Source of the DNA: Candidatus Kaiserbacteria bacterium
GTDB taxonomy: Bacteria; Patescibacteriota; Minisyncoccia; Phycocordibacterales; UBA2100
DNA: 64,000 bases
Assembly: GCA_027083345.1 (NCBI GenBank)
Contig: JALWOZ010000030.1
Location: forward strand, 977-64,976
Reading direction: 5' to 3'
A program made the translations under genes and the position numbers. Numbering within the stretch: the first letter of the stretch is position 1; each line of letters opens with the position of its first letter. The notes under the pieces are model-generated. The model saw nothing but the letters and a program-made list of their open reading frames with translations. It made no database searches and was not told the origin of the DNA. Of the stretch, positions 1 through 10,712 are shown piece after piece.

Positions 1-61
1 AGCTGGAGCGAAAGATTGTGCCGTCTATATCAAATACTGCAAACTTTTGTAATGTACTCAT
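1..61 (-). CDS. HAD-superfamily hydrolase, 5' end only (runs off window edge)
   Basis: Minus strand from ATG at 61 reads MSTLQKFAVFDIDGTIFRSS, containing HAD motif I (DxDGT). Confidence 0.75.
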   Translation of the reverse strand, partial: MSTLQKFAVFDIDGTIFRSS

Positions 62-207
62 ACTCGTAAGCTTACCACAATGTAACAAGACAATCATTCA
101 ATGGGGCTTGCGGACTGAAGATGTTAAATCCGAGGGAGCAGGGAGATTTTTCTCTCAAGAAAAATACTCTGTACCCCAGTGTATGATTCGTCTTGTGAAG
201 TTGTGCA

Positions 208-870
208 CTACTTAGCCTTAGGCCAAATATTAGCCGCACTTGGTATAAGCTTGGTGAGTGGATGTCCAGAGCAATCGTGGGGCCGCGCCGGGCACACATA
301 CCTACCATATAACACTAATCCATTATTGACATACTTCCAATCCTCTTTATTAAACAGTTCCTCCAAATCTTTAGATATCTTGGTTAAGTCTGTATTATCC
401 GTAAGCCCAAAGCGCAGAGCGAATCTGCGCACATGCGTGTCTGTAGCTATACCCTCCCATATATCATACACCTCGCCAAGCACAACATTTGCCGTCTTAT
501 ACGCTACACCGGGGAGCTCTATAAGCTCCTTAGCGCCATTGGGCAGTCTACCGCCAAAATTCTTTTGTAGATATTGAGCACTTGCGATAATATTCTTAGC
601 TTTATTGTTATAGAAACTAACACTGCTAATATCTCTACTAAAGTTTACCGGATCTGCCTTTGCAAAATCTTGTACTGTCTTATATTTTTTGAATAATTCT
701 TTAGTAACCTTATTCACAAGCTTGTCTGTGCACTGCGCCGAGAGCATCACTGCCACCAAACACTGAAAGCGTGTATTATATTTAAGCTCCGTCTTAGGCT
801 TCGGGTACGCCTCTTTAAGATACTTTATTATTTTACTAGCCCTACGCCTCCTAGTCTGCAGGGTTATCAT
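208..870 (-). CDS. nth: Endonuclease III (HhH-GPD DNA glycosylase)
   Basis: LVAVMLSAQCTDKLVN, HhH LPGVAYKTANVV, DTHVRR; C-terminal Cys cluster reduced. Confidence 0.95.
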   Translation of the reverse strand: MITLQTRRRRASKIIKYLKEAYPKPKTELKYNTRFQCLVAVMLSAQCTDKLVNKVTKELFKKYKTVQDFAKADPVNFSRDISSVSFYNNKAKNIIASAQYLQKNFGGRLPNGAKELIELPGVAYKTANVVLGEVYDIWEGIATDTHVRRFALRFGLTDNTDLTKISKDLEELFNKEDWKYVNNGLVLYGRYVCPARPHDCSGHPLTKLIPSAANIWPKAK

Positions 871-1609
871 TTTGATCTTTGCTCTTAATCTCTTCCACTT
901 TCTCTTCCTCTACCTCTACCCTCTTCTCCTCTTGAGCTATCTTATTATCTGCCTGCTCGCGCTTGGCGTGTACATCCATAAGAGAGAAGGACATCATGGC
1001 CGCAAAGACTATACCGGCTACATTAACTAAATACATTACAAATGCTCCCGCCGCCATGGGTATGCTTAGGTGTGCAATACCTATGCCAACCACAGCAAGT
1101 GGTGGCATCAAGGCCACAGCAACGGCCACACCAGTAAGTCCCGATGATAGATGTGGCTGAGCCACAGTATATGCTGCTGCAAGGCCAGCGATGATAGCCA
1201 CAGCAAAATACAAAAGAGTTGGTTGAGTGCGGGCTAATATAATAGCATTACTCATAACAGACTCGCTACCAAAACTACCAAAAGAGAAAAGGAGAGATGC
1301 ACCGACAGATGCCCCAATAGAAATAGCGGTGGCCCTACCCAAGGTGCTTAGAGAGCGCCCCATAAGAGAGTGATTACTCATAGAGAGCCCCAAAGCAAAG
1401 GCTAGCACAGGACTCATAATAGGAGCCAGAAGCATAGAGCCTATCACCACTGTCTCACTCCCTGCGAGTAAGCCAAAGCTCGCCATAAGCACAGAGAGCA
1501 CCGTCATGTAAAAGAAGTCGAAGTCTGGAGTAGCATCCTCTATCAAAGTACTAACGGCTCGCACTTTATCTGCCTCCGGTATCGCCCTAAATCTTGTAAA
1601 GATATCCAT
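851..1609 (-). CDS. DUF389/TIGR00341-like multi-pass membrane protein
   Basis: VVIGSMLLAPIMSP, GVAVAVALMPPLAVVGIG, several TM helices. Confidence 0.85.
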   Translation of the reverse strand: MDIFTRFRAIPEADKVRAVSTLIEDATPDFDFFYMTVLSVLMASFGLLAGSETVVIGSMLLAPIMSPVLAFALGLSMSNHSLMGRSLSTLGRATAISIGASVGASLLFSFGSFGSESVMSNAIILARTQPTLLYFAVAIIAGLAAAYTVAQPHLSSGLTGVAVAVALMPPLAVVGIGIAHLSIPMAAGAFVMYLVNVAGIVFAAMMSFSLMDVHAKREQADNKIAQEEKRVEVEEEKVEEIKSKDQNDNPAD

Positions 1610-1752
1610 GTGAATATTATAGCACGCACCTTATAAATAAGAACATCCTTGACTATTATTAAGATATGTGTCATATTAGTTGATAAGGTTTTGGACTCAA
1701 CTTTAGTTAGTTATTAGGGTTTAACTCCTAATACTAATTAACAATAAATATT

Positions 1753-3030
1753 ATGGATAGTAAAAAATCCTCTAGCAGTAGAGGCACGCGTATCAAGCGC
1801 AACAACAGTAGAAACAGTGGTAACTGGCGCAAGAAAAATAGTAACTTTAAAAGGCACTTTAAGGGTGGTGGGGGCGGCTATCGTGGTGGTAACGGCGGGG
1901 GACACCGGAACAGGACACGCAAGATGCCGAGCTTTGACCCATCACAATTTATAAATAAAAACCCTATAGAGGTGCAAGAGGTTGTATATGAACCTAAACA
2001 TACCTTTAAAACGTTTGGCCTAGACTCTAAAATCTCAAACACAATAGAGCGCATGGGTATAACAACTCCCTCCCCAATACAAGACCAAATAATACCTCAT
2101 GTAATGAAAGGTCATGATGTGATAGGCCTAGCAGAGACTGGCACCGGCAAGACGGCTGCCTTCCTCCTGCCTCTTATACACAAGGCGATGCACGCCCCTA
2201 GTAGAAAAACTCTCATACTCACACCGACACGTGAGCTAGCAATACAAATAGATGATGAGCTAAAGAAGTTCGCCAAAGGGCTCAACCTATTCTCTACAAT
2301 CTGTGTAGGAGGTGTTAATATTCGTCCTCAGATAAAATCTCTCAAGCGTAATAATCACTTTATCATTGGTACTCCTGGTCGTATATTAGACTTACAACGA
2401 CAAGGACACCTACGTACAAACGATGTAACAACCGTTGTGCTAGATGAGGCAGACAGAATGCTAGACATGGGCTTCATAGGAGATATGCGCTCTATACTTG
2501 GCAGTACACAAAAAAACCGTGAGACACTCTTCTTCTCTGCGACTATGACAAAAGAGGCTGAGAAAGTAGTGCACGACTTCCTCAAAGACCCGATAGAAAT
2601 CTCAGTGAAGAAAAAGGACATTACGAACTCTATAGAGCAAGACATCGTGCCATACACTCAAGCTAATAAGTTTGAAACGCTTATGCTACTACTCTCTAAA
2701 GAAGAGTTTACTCGCATAATAATCTTTGTGGCTATGAAACACTCTGCAAGTAAGCTCGCCCGCCAACTAAACAACAACGACATACTTGCAGAATCTATAC
2801 ATGGCAACAAGACTCATGTGCAACGCCAACGTGCTCTTAAAAAGTTTAAGAGTGGCAATGCGTGCGTGCTGGTAGCCACAGACGTAGCGGCGAGAGGAAT
2901 ACACGTAGACAATGTCTCTCATGTTATAAACTACGACCTCCCTCAACAATTTGATGATTATGTGCACCGCATAGGCAGAACCGGACGAGGTAATAAAAAA
3001 GGTAGAGCCCTGACTTTTGTACCAAATTAA
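1753..3030 (+). CDS. DEAD-box RNA helicase
   Basis: Q motif, AETGTGKT, PTRELA, DEAD, SAT, HRIGRTGR; basic Gly-rich N-terminal tail. Confidence 0.97.
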   Translation: MDSKKSSSSRGTRIKRNNSRNSGNWRKKNSNFKRHFKGGGGGYRGGNGGGHRNRTRKMPSFDPSQFINKNPIEVQEVVYEPKHTFKTFGLDSKISNTIERMGITTPSPIQDQIIPHVMKGHDVIGLAETGTGKTAAFLLPLIHKAMHAPSRKTLILTPTRELAIQIDDELKKFAKGLNLFSTICVGGVNIRPQIKSLKRNNHFIIGTPGRILDLQRQGHLRTNDVTTVVLDEADRMLDMGFIGDMRSILGSTQKNRETLFFSATMTKEAEKVVHDFLKDPIEISVKKKDITNSIEQDIVPYTQANKFETLMLLLSKEEFTRIIIFVAMKHSASKLARQLNNNDILAESIHGNKTHVQRQRALKKFKSGNACVLVATDVAARGIHVDNVSHVINYDLPQQFDDYVHRIGRTGRGNKKGRALTFVPN

Positions 3031-3082
3031 TTTATAGTATAATAGATTTTAAAATATTATTAAGATTATAAATTAAGATATT

Positions 3083-4280
3083 ATGAAAAAACTAATCTAT
3101 ATAATATTAATTCTTATTATCATAGCCGGAGGATACACTCTTTTTGATGTGCCATCCGACAATGACAATATAACGTATGATAGAGAGTCCGGAGAATTCG
3201 GACAATATGACGATAGTAATAATTACTTTTATGAAGATGAGTATAGGGGTGCCGGAGATGAGGGTTACGTTATAGAGACGGAAGTTGACGGTCCCGAGGA
3301 CTGCGTGAGTATGGAGAAGTACGACGAGGAGCGCGGTGTATGCTACATAGAGTGCGGCACTCCCGCTCAGTGTGACGAAGTGGAGGCAAAATTAGACGCC
3401 GCACTTGACGCTCTTGATGAGGATTTCCAAGAGTTCTCAAAAGGTGTTGTAGCATTTAAAGGTAATGCAAGCGACCTTGAAGAAGAAGCGGGGGTTGTAT
3501 ATAACATAGAAAAGGGAGAGAAGTTTACAGTGGTATCGGGTACTGAGAATGCCAACCACATCAAGGTTAAAAGCTGGCTCGCGCAAATCTCTCCCAACAA
3601 GTTCTCAGACACATACCTAAACCGCCTTATCCCCTACACAAAACCCGGAGCCGACACAATGGCTTATGTAACGCCGAATATGTCAAATCCGGCAAAGTGG
3701 GATATGTATGTAAATATGGACACGATGAGAGACGGAGAAAAAGAGATGGTCTTTACGCTTATACACGAATTTATGCACATACTTACACTCAACAACTCTC
3801 AAGTTAATGCAAACATAAGTGAGGAAGACTGCGAATATTATATACAAGAAGGCTGTGTTAATGATAAAGCGTATATGAAGGCCTTTTACGACAAATATTG
3901 GAAAGGGAAGTTTAATCCAAATGCGCAAAATCCGGACGAGAATTACTCAAAGAATCCAAAAGCGTTCGTAACGGAATATGCCGCTACAAACACAGGCGAG
4001 GATATCGCAGAGTCAAGGGAAGTTTAATCCAAATGCGCAAAATCCGGACGAGAATTACTCAAAGAATCCAAAAGCGTTCGTAACGGAATATGCCGCTACA
4101 AACACAGGCGAGGATATCGCAGAGTCATTCGTGTCATTTATCTTTAAAAAGAAAATAAATCCAAATACAATCGCGGAGCAGAAGACGCAGTTCTTCTACG
4201 CTTATCCAGAACTTACAAAGATGCGCGACACAATCCGCAATGCACTAAAGCATATCGTCCGCGCAAGACTCGCTCAGTAA
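3083..4280 (+). CDS. Membrane-anchored putative zinc metallopeptidase, split by a 112-bp tandem duplication (ORFs 3083-4027 and 3978-4280)
   Basis: N-terminal hydrophobic anchor, HEFMH zincin motif, FVTEYAATNTGEDIAESF; removing one repeat copy gives one 361-aa ORF. Confidence 0.75.
3903..4126. repeat. Perfect 112-bp tandem duplication (3903-4014 / 4015-4126)
   Basis: Both copies read aagggaagtttaatcc...gatatcgcagagtc. Confidence 0.97.
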
Positions 4281-4291
4281 CAATAATAAGA

Positions 4292-5506
4292 CTATCTAAA
4301 TATGGAGATAATTAGTCTCCATAACCTTACCCAAAAGGACTCTATTTTTGGTATTGGCTTTTCTTCTTGTTTTTTTACTTGCTTCTCAGGTGTTGTACTT
4401 ATCTGCGCATCTTCTGCTCTGTCGGATACCATTTTTGTATTGTTATAAACACAAAGTTGCATATTGTTTACCTTCTTTCTCGTTGAGGGGCCAAATACGC
4501 CCGTGCCTTTTGTTAAGTTAAGTGGTATAAGAATCTCGTCCGCATACTTTTCTTGAAACGCTTCTACGGCAAGCTCCGTGCGCGCTCCGTAAAGATTTGT
4601 CTCTTCTCCCCTTTCGGTTACACCAAGCTCTTGATTATTTAAAAATATTTGCAACCGCTTTACCGCATCACCTCTGTCTCCGGGCTCCAGATCCGTATTA
4701 AACGGCTCGCACGCCTCTTTACCATCTCTGTTATTTTGATTGTTTTGATTGTCTTTAACTTCTTTATTATTCTCTGATATAACTCTTACCTGATTATCTA
4801 CCTCTCTCTCGGTAATCAAATTGAGCTTTTGCTCTTGTTCTTGCTCAAGCGCGCAATTTTGTACACTTATCGGCTTTTGTGTTCTGCAAGTTTTGTCTGT
4901 ATATACCGTACCATCACCAAGCTTATCTACACAAAAGACATCTCGCTTTTGCACACCACCGGTACACGCTCCCCACTCTCCCGTTTGCCAAATATAATTC
5001 ACTCCAATGCCGACTCCTGTGTTGCTTACTATCCCGCCCCCACCTACGCCTGCGGAAGGTTCTGCATTGTTTGCAGGGCGCCAATCGGTACGCACATCGC
5101 AATTTGTACAATCAAATGTAAGCGTTCCTATCAAGCTACCGGTCGCTCTGCCACTAAACTTACCTGTTGAGGTGTCTATGCTGACCCCCGTAAAATTAAT
5201 CCACCCAAGACTCTCACCCCAAGCGTATCCCGAGAGAATGCCGGCATCATTGCTCACTCCACCTTGTGTTGGAGAGAGATTGATCCAACCGGAATTTTGA
5301 GACCATACATACCCTGAAAGAGCAGAGTCTGTAACGGTAACATTCTCAAAGTTAATCCAACCTATATTATTACTCCATGCGTAATAATATGGACTTGTCA
5401 TACCTTCAGCATATGAAAATGTTGGAATAATTAAAAAAATAAATACCAAAAATATTTGGTAAAAAGATAATAATCCATATTTTGAAAGTATATTGTATCT
5501 AGTCAT
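4292..5506 (-). CDS. Secreted protein with GYAWxxxxGWI repeats, TSP1-like module and peptidoglycan-binding domain
   Basis: Signal peptide; AWSNNIGWINF/VWSQNSGWINL/AWGESLGWINF repeats; GDRGDAVKRLQIFLN...AVEAFQ...TGVFGPSTR PG-binding fold. Confidence 0.75.
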   Translation of the reverse strand: MTRYNILSKYGLLSFYQIFLVFIFLIIPTFSYAEGMTSPYYYAWSNNIGWINFENVTVTDSALSGYVWSQNSGWINLSPTQGGVSNDAGILSGYAWGESLGWINFTGVSIDTSTGKFSGRATGSLIGTLTFDCTNCDVRTDWRPANNAEPSAGVGGGGIVSNTGVGIGVNYIWQTGEWGACTGGVQKRDVFCVDKLGDGTVYTDKTCRTQKPISVQNCALEQEQEQKLNLITEREVDNQVRVISENNKEVKDNQNNQNNRDGKEACEPFNTDLEPGDRGDAVKRLQIFLNNQELGVTERGEETNLYGARTELAVEAFQEKYADEILIPLNLTKGTGVFGPSTRKKVNNMQLCVYNNTKMVSDRAEDAQISTTPEKQVKKQEEKPIPKIESFWVRLWRLIISIFR

Positions 5507-5523
5507 ATTTATTTTATTTGACT

Positions 5524-5961
5524 CTACCTAAAAAGTGTTATTGGGTTTATCGGTGCCACATCAATAATCTTCTCAAGTGATGGTCTAAAGAGTATCGCTC
5601 TTTTTATGGTCTGATATACGAGTATCTTATCGCCATTTTTTGCATTATTGAAAAAAGTTTTATCTTTCATTTTTTGTTCATCAGCTATTGTCAGTATAAT
5701 TGGCTGAACATCTCCTGGCAGTAGCATGATTTCTGATACTGCAGATACAACTTTAATATCATTTTTTTGTATAGCATTACCTTTATTGAAAGTAACCACA
5801 AGAACAATAATAAGCACAGTTATCAAGGTGAGCACTACCCACACTCCAGGACGGATTATACGTACAAATAATTTTATTTGCTTACACTTTATCTTTAAAA
5901 TCTTAGTAGATTCTTTTTTTATTTTTGCAAGGTCTATTCTCTTTTTCTTCTTCTTTACCAT
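5524..5961 (-). CDS. Hypothetical single-pass membrane protein
   Basis: Basic N-terminus, one TM helix, FFNNAKNGDKILVY...AILFRPS; directly downstream of the large fibre-like gene. Confidence 0.75.
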   Translation of the reverse strand: MVKKKKKRIDLAKIKKESTKILKIKCKQIKLFVRIIRPGVWVVLTLITVLIIVLVVTFNKGNAIQKNDIKVVSAVSEIMLLPGDVQPIILTIADEQKMKDKTFFNNAKNGDKILVYQTIKRAILFRPSLEKIIDVAPINPITLFR

Positions 5962-5966
5962 AGACC

Positions 5967-8900
5967 TTATTCATTGTTATTTACTTCATCTTCTGTAGTA
6001 GTGTCTTGTGTTGTTGTGGTAGATTCTTCGTCTACATTAGAACTATCACTCTCTTGTTGATTTTCTTCTTCAGCATCTTGCCCTTGAGTTTGTATATCTA
6101 TTTGAGCCTGATTATCTTCTTCATCTATTGTTTCTTGGTTAGATGTATCCTCGTCAGTAACTCCAGTGTCTGAAATATTCGCATCAGTGCTGGTACTCAC
6201 CTCTGTTGTTGTATTTACTATAGTTTCTATATCTTCTTGTGTGCTTTCACCAGTGCCAACTTTTACTACTCGTTCTGCTGTTGCCACGTGCTCCTCCCAC
6301 TGTGCCTTGTATGTAATTGTATAAGTTGCATCTGTAGATGTGTCTATATCCACATTTTGTACTTCTGAACCATCTACATATGTCTTAATACTTAAATCAC
6401 TACCATCAGGATTTTTAGCACTAGCACCAAGATCTGAGTAACCCGCACCTACTGCAACTTCAGCCGGGTTATTGCCAAGTATAGTAATTGTTGGTACAAA
6501 TGTATCTTGATTGTTATCATCCTCAGATGTTGCATCTGTATTATCGGAATTATTTGCCGCAGATACGGATGCAACCAACTGAGACTCAAGACTGGCAATA
6601 CGCGCCTCAAGCTGAGATATCTGCTCATCTTTCTCGCTCTTCCAAGTAAGTAACTCTGTAATTTTCTCGGTATTTGCTTTTACAGTATCCCACATATCTT
6701 GTATAGCTTTTACAATAAGCGCCGGATAGTATCGTGATTTCAAACTCTCTACCTGTCCCTCTTCGTTATAGTTCACATACCACTTCAAATCAGTCTCGTT
6801 TACCTCTTCAGCAATAAATCCTGTTGCTTCTTTATCATTGTTTTTATACTTATACTTCACTGGACGAAGTTGCATCAACTCATCAAGTCCCCATGGCAAG
6901 TCTTCCACATCTTTTTTATAGCGAATAGATGATGGGTAACAATCTGTACCATCTCCACCATAGCTAATTTGACCATATGTAAACCCACCGGTTCTCTTGT
7001 AACAAAGTATCCTATCATTACTATCCCACTCCGCCAACTTTGGAAATGCCATTTGAGCACCATTCATGATAATTGCCTGACTGCCGTTTGTATAGAGTTC
7101 CAAAGTACCATCACCAACACTATCCAAACCACTATCATTATCACCAATCGCTAAGTCTAATGATGGAGAAGCGCCAATACCCACTCTTCCGGAGCTGTCA
7201 ATACGAACTCTCTCTGTATTATTCGTAGCAAATACAAGTGTCCCGTCTGCCGGCGAGAACATTCCCCCGTCAGTATCACCCCCGGAGTCATAAAATGAAT
7301 ATCCTGCACTTCCACCACCATAAGTAGAACCACTACCTACCTTAATACCACCTTGAACCTGAAGTGTAGCATTTGGAGTGCCGGTATCCGTACCAATATT
7401 AACACGACCAGTTGTACCATCTATATTCATTCTTACTTGTGCATCTGAGAAAAACCTTAGATCATCTGTACCGGAAATACGAAAACCAAGATATGAAGCA
7501 TCCGCATTACCCTGAATTTCAGCAAATCCTGTAGAGCCATTGTAAAATGACAAAAGTCCCCGTGAAGCATTAAGCCTCAAAAGTTCTGCGGTACCTGTAC
7601 CCTTTAGTTCTATTGTAGCACCTGGGTCTGTTGTTCCGATACCTAAGTTTCCACTCTTTCCGTACAAAGTCGGTCCGGCACTTCCCAATTTGACCGCACC
7701 AACGGTGGTGTCGCCAACTCCATACAGACCCAAGGTATTGGCGGTATCAATATCCGTGAAAAAGCCATCATCTCCGACCTGCAAAAATCTTGCTCCCGAT
7801 GCGGTGCCGTTGTCATCTATATGCAACTTAGCTGCCGGAGAAGTCGTGCCACCAATCCCCACTTTTCCGGAACTGTCTATCATAAAGCGAGTTGGTTTGG
7901 ATGTCGCCGATACATCGTAAAGATAAAACTCTCCGCCAGTAAGACCCAAGCCGTTACCTGTGCCACCAACTCCCAACTGCCAAGCGGTACTGGTGGCATT
8001 GTTATTTTCTATTGTTATAAGTGAAGTTCTGTCTGTGGTACCACTTGTTTGAAAAGTTGCTTGTCCATATCCTGAATTGTTTACTGTAAGCGAATTTGAT
8101 ATAACAGTTGCCCCACTTGCTCTCAATGTCCCCACAATATCCAATTTATAACTTGGTGTTGATGTACCAATACCGATATTACCGCTACTTACATCCGCAA
8201 ATAGAGCCGGAGTACTTGATGTTCCCACTCTGAAATCCCCCCATACATCTAATTTTGATGCCGGGGTGGTTGTACCAACACCAACATTACCACTTGCGTC
8301 AATCACGAAAGGACTTGTGTCGCTCGCTTGATCGTTTATCTGGAAAGAATTCCCACTCGTTGTGTTTGTAAGTGTTAAAAGCTCTGCGGATTCATCAAAA
8401 TAAAAAGGAGCACTAGTTGTAGAACCGCCAAGAGCAAGGTCGTCCGTTTGGCTTGAAAGATATGTAGTTGCGCCTCCATCGGTAAAGAGACTTCCTCCAA
8501 CCACCTCCCAAGAGCTTCCGTTATAAACATTAAATTTGTTTGTAGAAGTATTGTAAATCTGAAGTCCCGTTGCCGGTGAGGTTATAGCATCTCTTTGAGT
8601 AGTTGTCATTCTTGGCGCCAAGAAACCTTTGGTGGTGGAAGTAAGATCAAGAATTGCAGTACTTGCAACAGAGCTTGCGCCAAGAGCAACAGCATTATTA
8701 CTGGAGTCAATAAATAATGTATTTGAGTCAATGTTTAGGTTGTTTGGAATGGAGACTGTTGAAGCGTTTATGGTTAAAGTATCTCCCGAAGCGTCTCCAA
8801 TTGTTGTATTGCCACTTGACGAGAGGGTGGTAAATGCTCCTGTACTCGCCGTAGTCGCTCCGATTGGAGTATCGTTTATAGTTCCTCCGGAAATAGTTAA

Positions 8901-10712
8901 ATCATCTGCAACTTCAGAGTCTGCCCAATCAAATGAAAGCGTACCGGAATTTGCAAGCTCTCCCTTTTCAATCGCGGTACCGAGTGTGCTTGAAATTGTA
9001 TTTGATGAAATTGTAATACCCGTACCGGCGGTATAAGTAGTGTTTTGATCAGTTACCCAAGAGAGTACCCCGGAACCATTTGTTGACAACAGTTGTCCTC
9101 CAACACCATCTGTTACTGGTAAAGTGTAGGTAATATTTGCACTCTGATCCCCTCCTTGAAATATAGTGTAGAACTGAGGCAAAGATCCCGTCTCTATAAT
9201 ACCAAGTGTACCATTAAGACTGAGTGTATGAGATGGGTTCGTTGTACCAATACCTATCCTACTGTCGGTACTATCAACATAAAATGTTGAAGTGTCCACC
9301 GTCAAATCCGCAGAAACTTTCACTGATCCCGAAACATCCAACTTGCTACCTGGAGAAGAAATACCAACACCAACATTACCACTTGCGTCAATCACGAAAG
9401 GACTTGTGTCGCTTGCTTGATCGTTTATCTGGAAAGAATTCCCAGTACCTGTATTTACTATAGAGAGAGTATTAGTACCGGTAATATTGATACTTGTTGA
9501 AGTGTCCAAAGTAAGTGCATCTTTTAACTGAGCGAAGTCTAGTGAGTCATTGACAATATCAAGCGTTACTCCGGCGCTCTCAGATCCTGAATTTGCAACA
9601 GATATCAATGAATTACCTGCGTCTGCAATTGTTGCAACATAATTACCTGTGGTGTCCGTGCCGAGCGCAACCGCATTTGCGTCAATAGTTGCCACGCCAC
9701 TTGCAAATGTAATGTCGCCATAATCTCCGTCGGCTATCTCATTAGCGCCAACGGTGTCGGCATCAAGCGTTGCTACTCCACTAGCAAAAGTAAAATCACC
9801 ATAATCTCCATTAGCCATTTCGCTTGGTGTAATATCCGTGCCCAAAGTGCTTGAAATTGCATTTGACGAAATTGTAATTCCCGTGCCGGCTGAGTAAGTT
9901 GTGTTTTGATCTGCCACCCAAGTAAATCCACCTGTTGCAGAGTCATAAGAAAGAATTTGATTATCTGCCGGAGAATTGGTTACTTTCAAATCAACTCCTT
10001 GTATTGTGCTATTTGCAATTTCTGATGTGGAAACTGATGAAAGAGTCGCAAGCGCGCCGAGCCCGAGTGACGTGCGCGCCGTTGCTCCGGACTCATATGC
10101 AAATGCTCCGGCTCCTGTTGCAACAATAAACTCTCCGTCTGAGGATGGTGCTCCAAGAGTGTCCAAGTCTTCCAAAACTCCCGTTACAGACACTGTCGCA
10201 TCTCCTGAAGACGCTCCTCCGGTGAGTCCGGTACCTGCTATAACTGCGGTTATGTCTCCGGTGCCGGACGCAAAACTGCTCCACGAGCCACCAGAATTTT
10301 TATATTGCAATGTGCCGGCATTGTCTCTAAATCCGTATCCATTAACTCCGCTTGTATTGCCAAAGTTTATGTATTTTGAGGCTCCCAACTTAATATCCCC
10401 AGAAATATCAATACTACTCACCCATGACGGCAATCCACTTGCAAGAGAAAGCAATTGCCCATTTGAACCCGCAGAGAGCAAAGACCAAACGGAAGAATTT
10501 GAGTAAAGTATCGCTCCATCGGTTTGAGAATCATTTGTATATACTGAGGTCTTTACTCCACAATTTGAATCAGTCGGCAAGCACTGCGGGTCAAGAGTTG
10601 CTCCGGGTGCATATATAATCGCTTGCGCAAATGATTGCGGGATAAAGAAGGTCAAAACAATCGCTAAAAACAATGATAATCTATTTTTGCCACCGGTCAT
10701 AAAAAATAACAT
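5967..10712 (-). CDS. Large secreted tail-fibre-like protein with peptidase S74 (intramolecular chaperone) domain and C-terminal Ig-like (DUF5011-like) domain
   Basis: Signal peptide; many GNVGIGTTxP repeats; SSIRYKKDVEDL...LRPVKYKY...GFIAEEV then coiled coil; PTITILGNNPAEVAVG...YSDLGASA; acidic tail. Confidence 0.85.
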   Translation of the reverse strand: MLFFMTGGKNRLSLFLAIVLTFFIPQSFAQAIIYAPGATLDPQCLPTDSNCGVKTSVYTNDSQTDGAILYSNSSVWSLLSAGSNGQLLSLASGLPSWVSSIDISGDIKLGASKYINFGNTSGVNGYGFRDNAGTLQYKNSGGSWSSFASGTGDITAVIAGTGLTGGASSGDATVSVTGVLEDLDTLGAPSSDGEFIVATGAGAFAYESGATARTSLGLGALATLSSVSTSEIANSTIQGVDLKVTNSPADNQILSYDSATGGFTWVADQNTTYSAGTGITISSNAISSTLGTDITPSEMANGDYGDFTFASGVATLDADTVGANEIADGDYGDITFASGVATIDANAVALGTDTTGNYVATIADAGNSLISVANSGSESAGVTLDIVNDSLDFAQLKDALTLDTSTSINITGTNTLSIVNTGTGNSFQINDQASDTSPFVIDASGNVGVGISSPGSKLDVSGSVKVSADLTVDTSTFYVDSTDSRIGIGTTNPSHTLSLNGTLGIIETGSLPQFYTIFQGGDQSANITYTLPVTDGVGGQLLSTNGSGVLSWVTDQNTTYTAGTGITISSNTISSTLGTAIEKGELANSGTLSFDWADSEVADDLTISGGTINDTPIGATTASTGAFTTLSSSGNTTIGDASGDTLTINASTVSIPNNLNIDSNTLFIDSSNNAVALGASSVASTAILDLTSTTKGFLAPRMTTTQRDAITSPATGLQIYNTSTNKFNVYNGSSWEVVGGSLFTDGGATTYLSSQTDDLALGGSTTSAPFYFDESAELLTLTNTTSGNSFQINDQASDTSPFVIDASGNVGVGTTTPASKLDVWGDFRVGTSSTPALFADVSSGNIGIGTSTPSYKLDIVGTLRASGATVISNSLTVNNSGYGQATFQTSGTTDRTSLITIENNNATSTAWQLGVGGTGNGLGLTGGEFYLYDVSATSKPTRFMIDSSGKVGIGGTTSPAAKLHIDDNGTASGARFLQVGDDGFFTDIDTANTLGLYGVGDTTVGAVKLGSAGPTLYGKSGNLGIGTTDPGATIELKGTGTAELLRLNASRGLLSFYNGSTGFAEIQGNADASYLGFRISGTDDLRFFSDAQVRMNIDGTTGRVNIGTDTGTPNATLQVQGGIKVGSGSTYGGGSAGYSFYDSGGDTDGGMFSPADGTLVFATNNTERVRIDSSGRVGIGASPSLDLAIGDNDSGLDSVGDGTLELYTNGSQAIIMNGAQMAFPKLAEWDSNDRILCYKRTGGFTYGQISYGGDGTDCYPSSIRYKKDVEDLPWGLDELMQLRPVKYKYKNNDKEATGFIAEEVNETDLKWYVNYNEEGQVESLKSRYYPALIVKAIQDMWDTVKANTEKITELLTWKSEKDEQISQLEARIASLESQLVASVSAANNSDNTDATSEDDNNQDTFVPTITILGNNPAEVAVGAGYSDLGASAKNPDGSDLSIKTYVDGSEVQNVDIDTSTDATYTITYKAQWEEHVATAERVVKVGTGESTQEDIETIVNTTTEVSTSTDANISDTGVTDEDTSNQETIDEEDNQAQIDIQTQGQDAEEENQQESDSSNVDEESTTTTQDTTTEDEVNNNE

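Noticed and set aside
8273-9444. Repeat pair as a DGR template/variable repeat
   Set aside because: Only one mismatch, both copies are coding, and there is no reverse transcriptase in the window
5967-10712. Prophage tail region
   Set aside because: No capsid, terminase, portal or integrase genes, and the protein has a signal peptide
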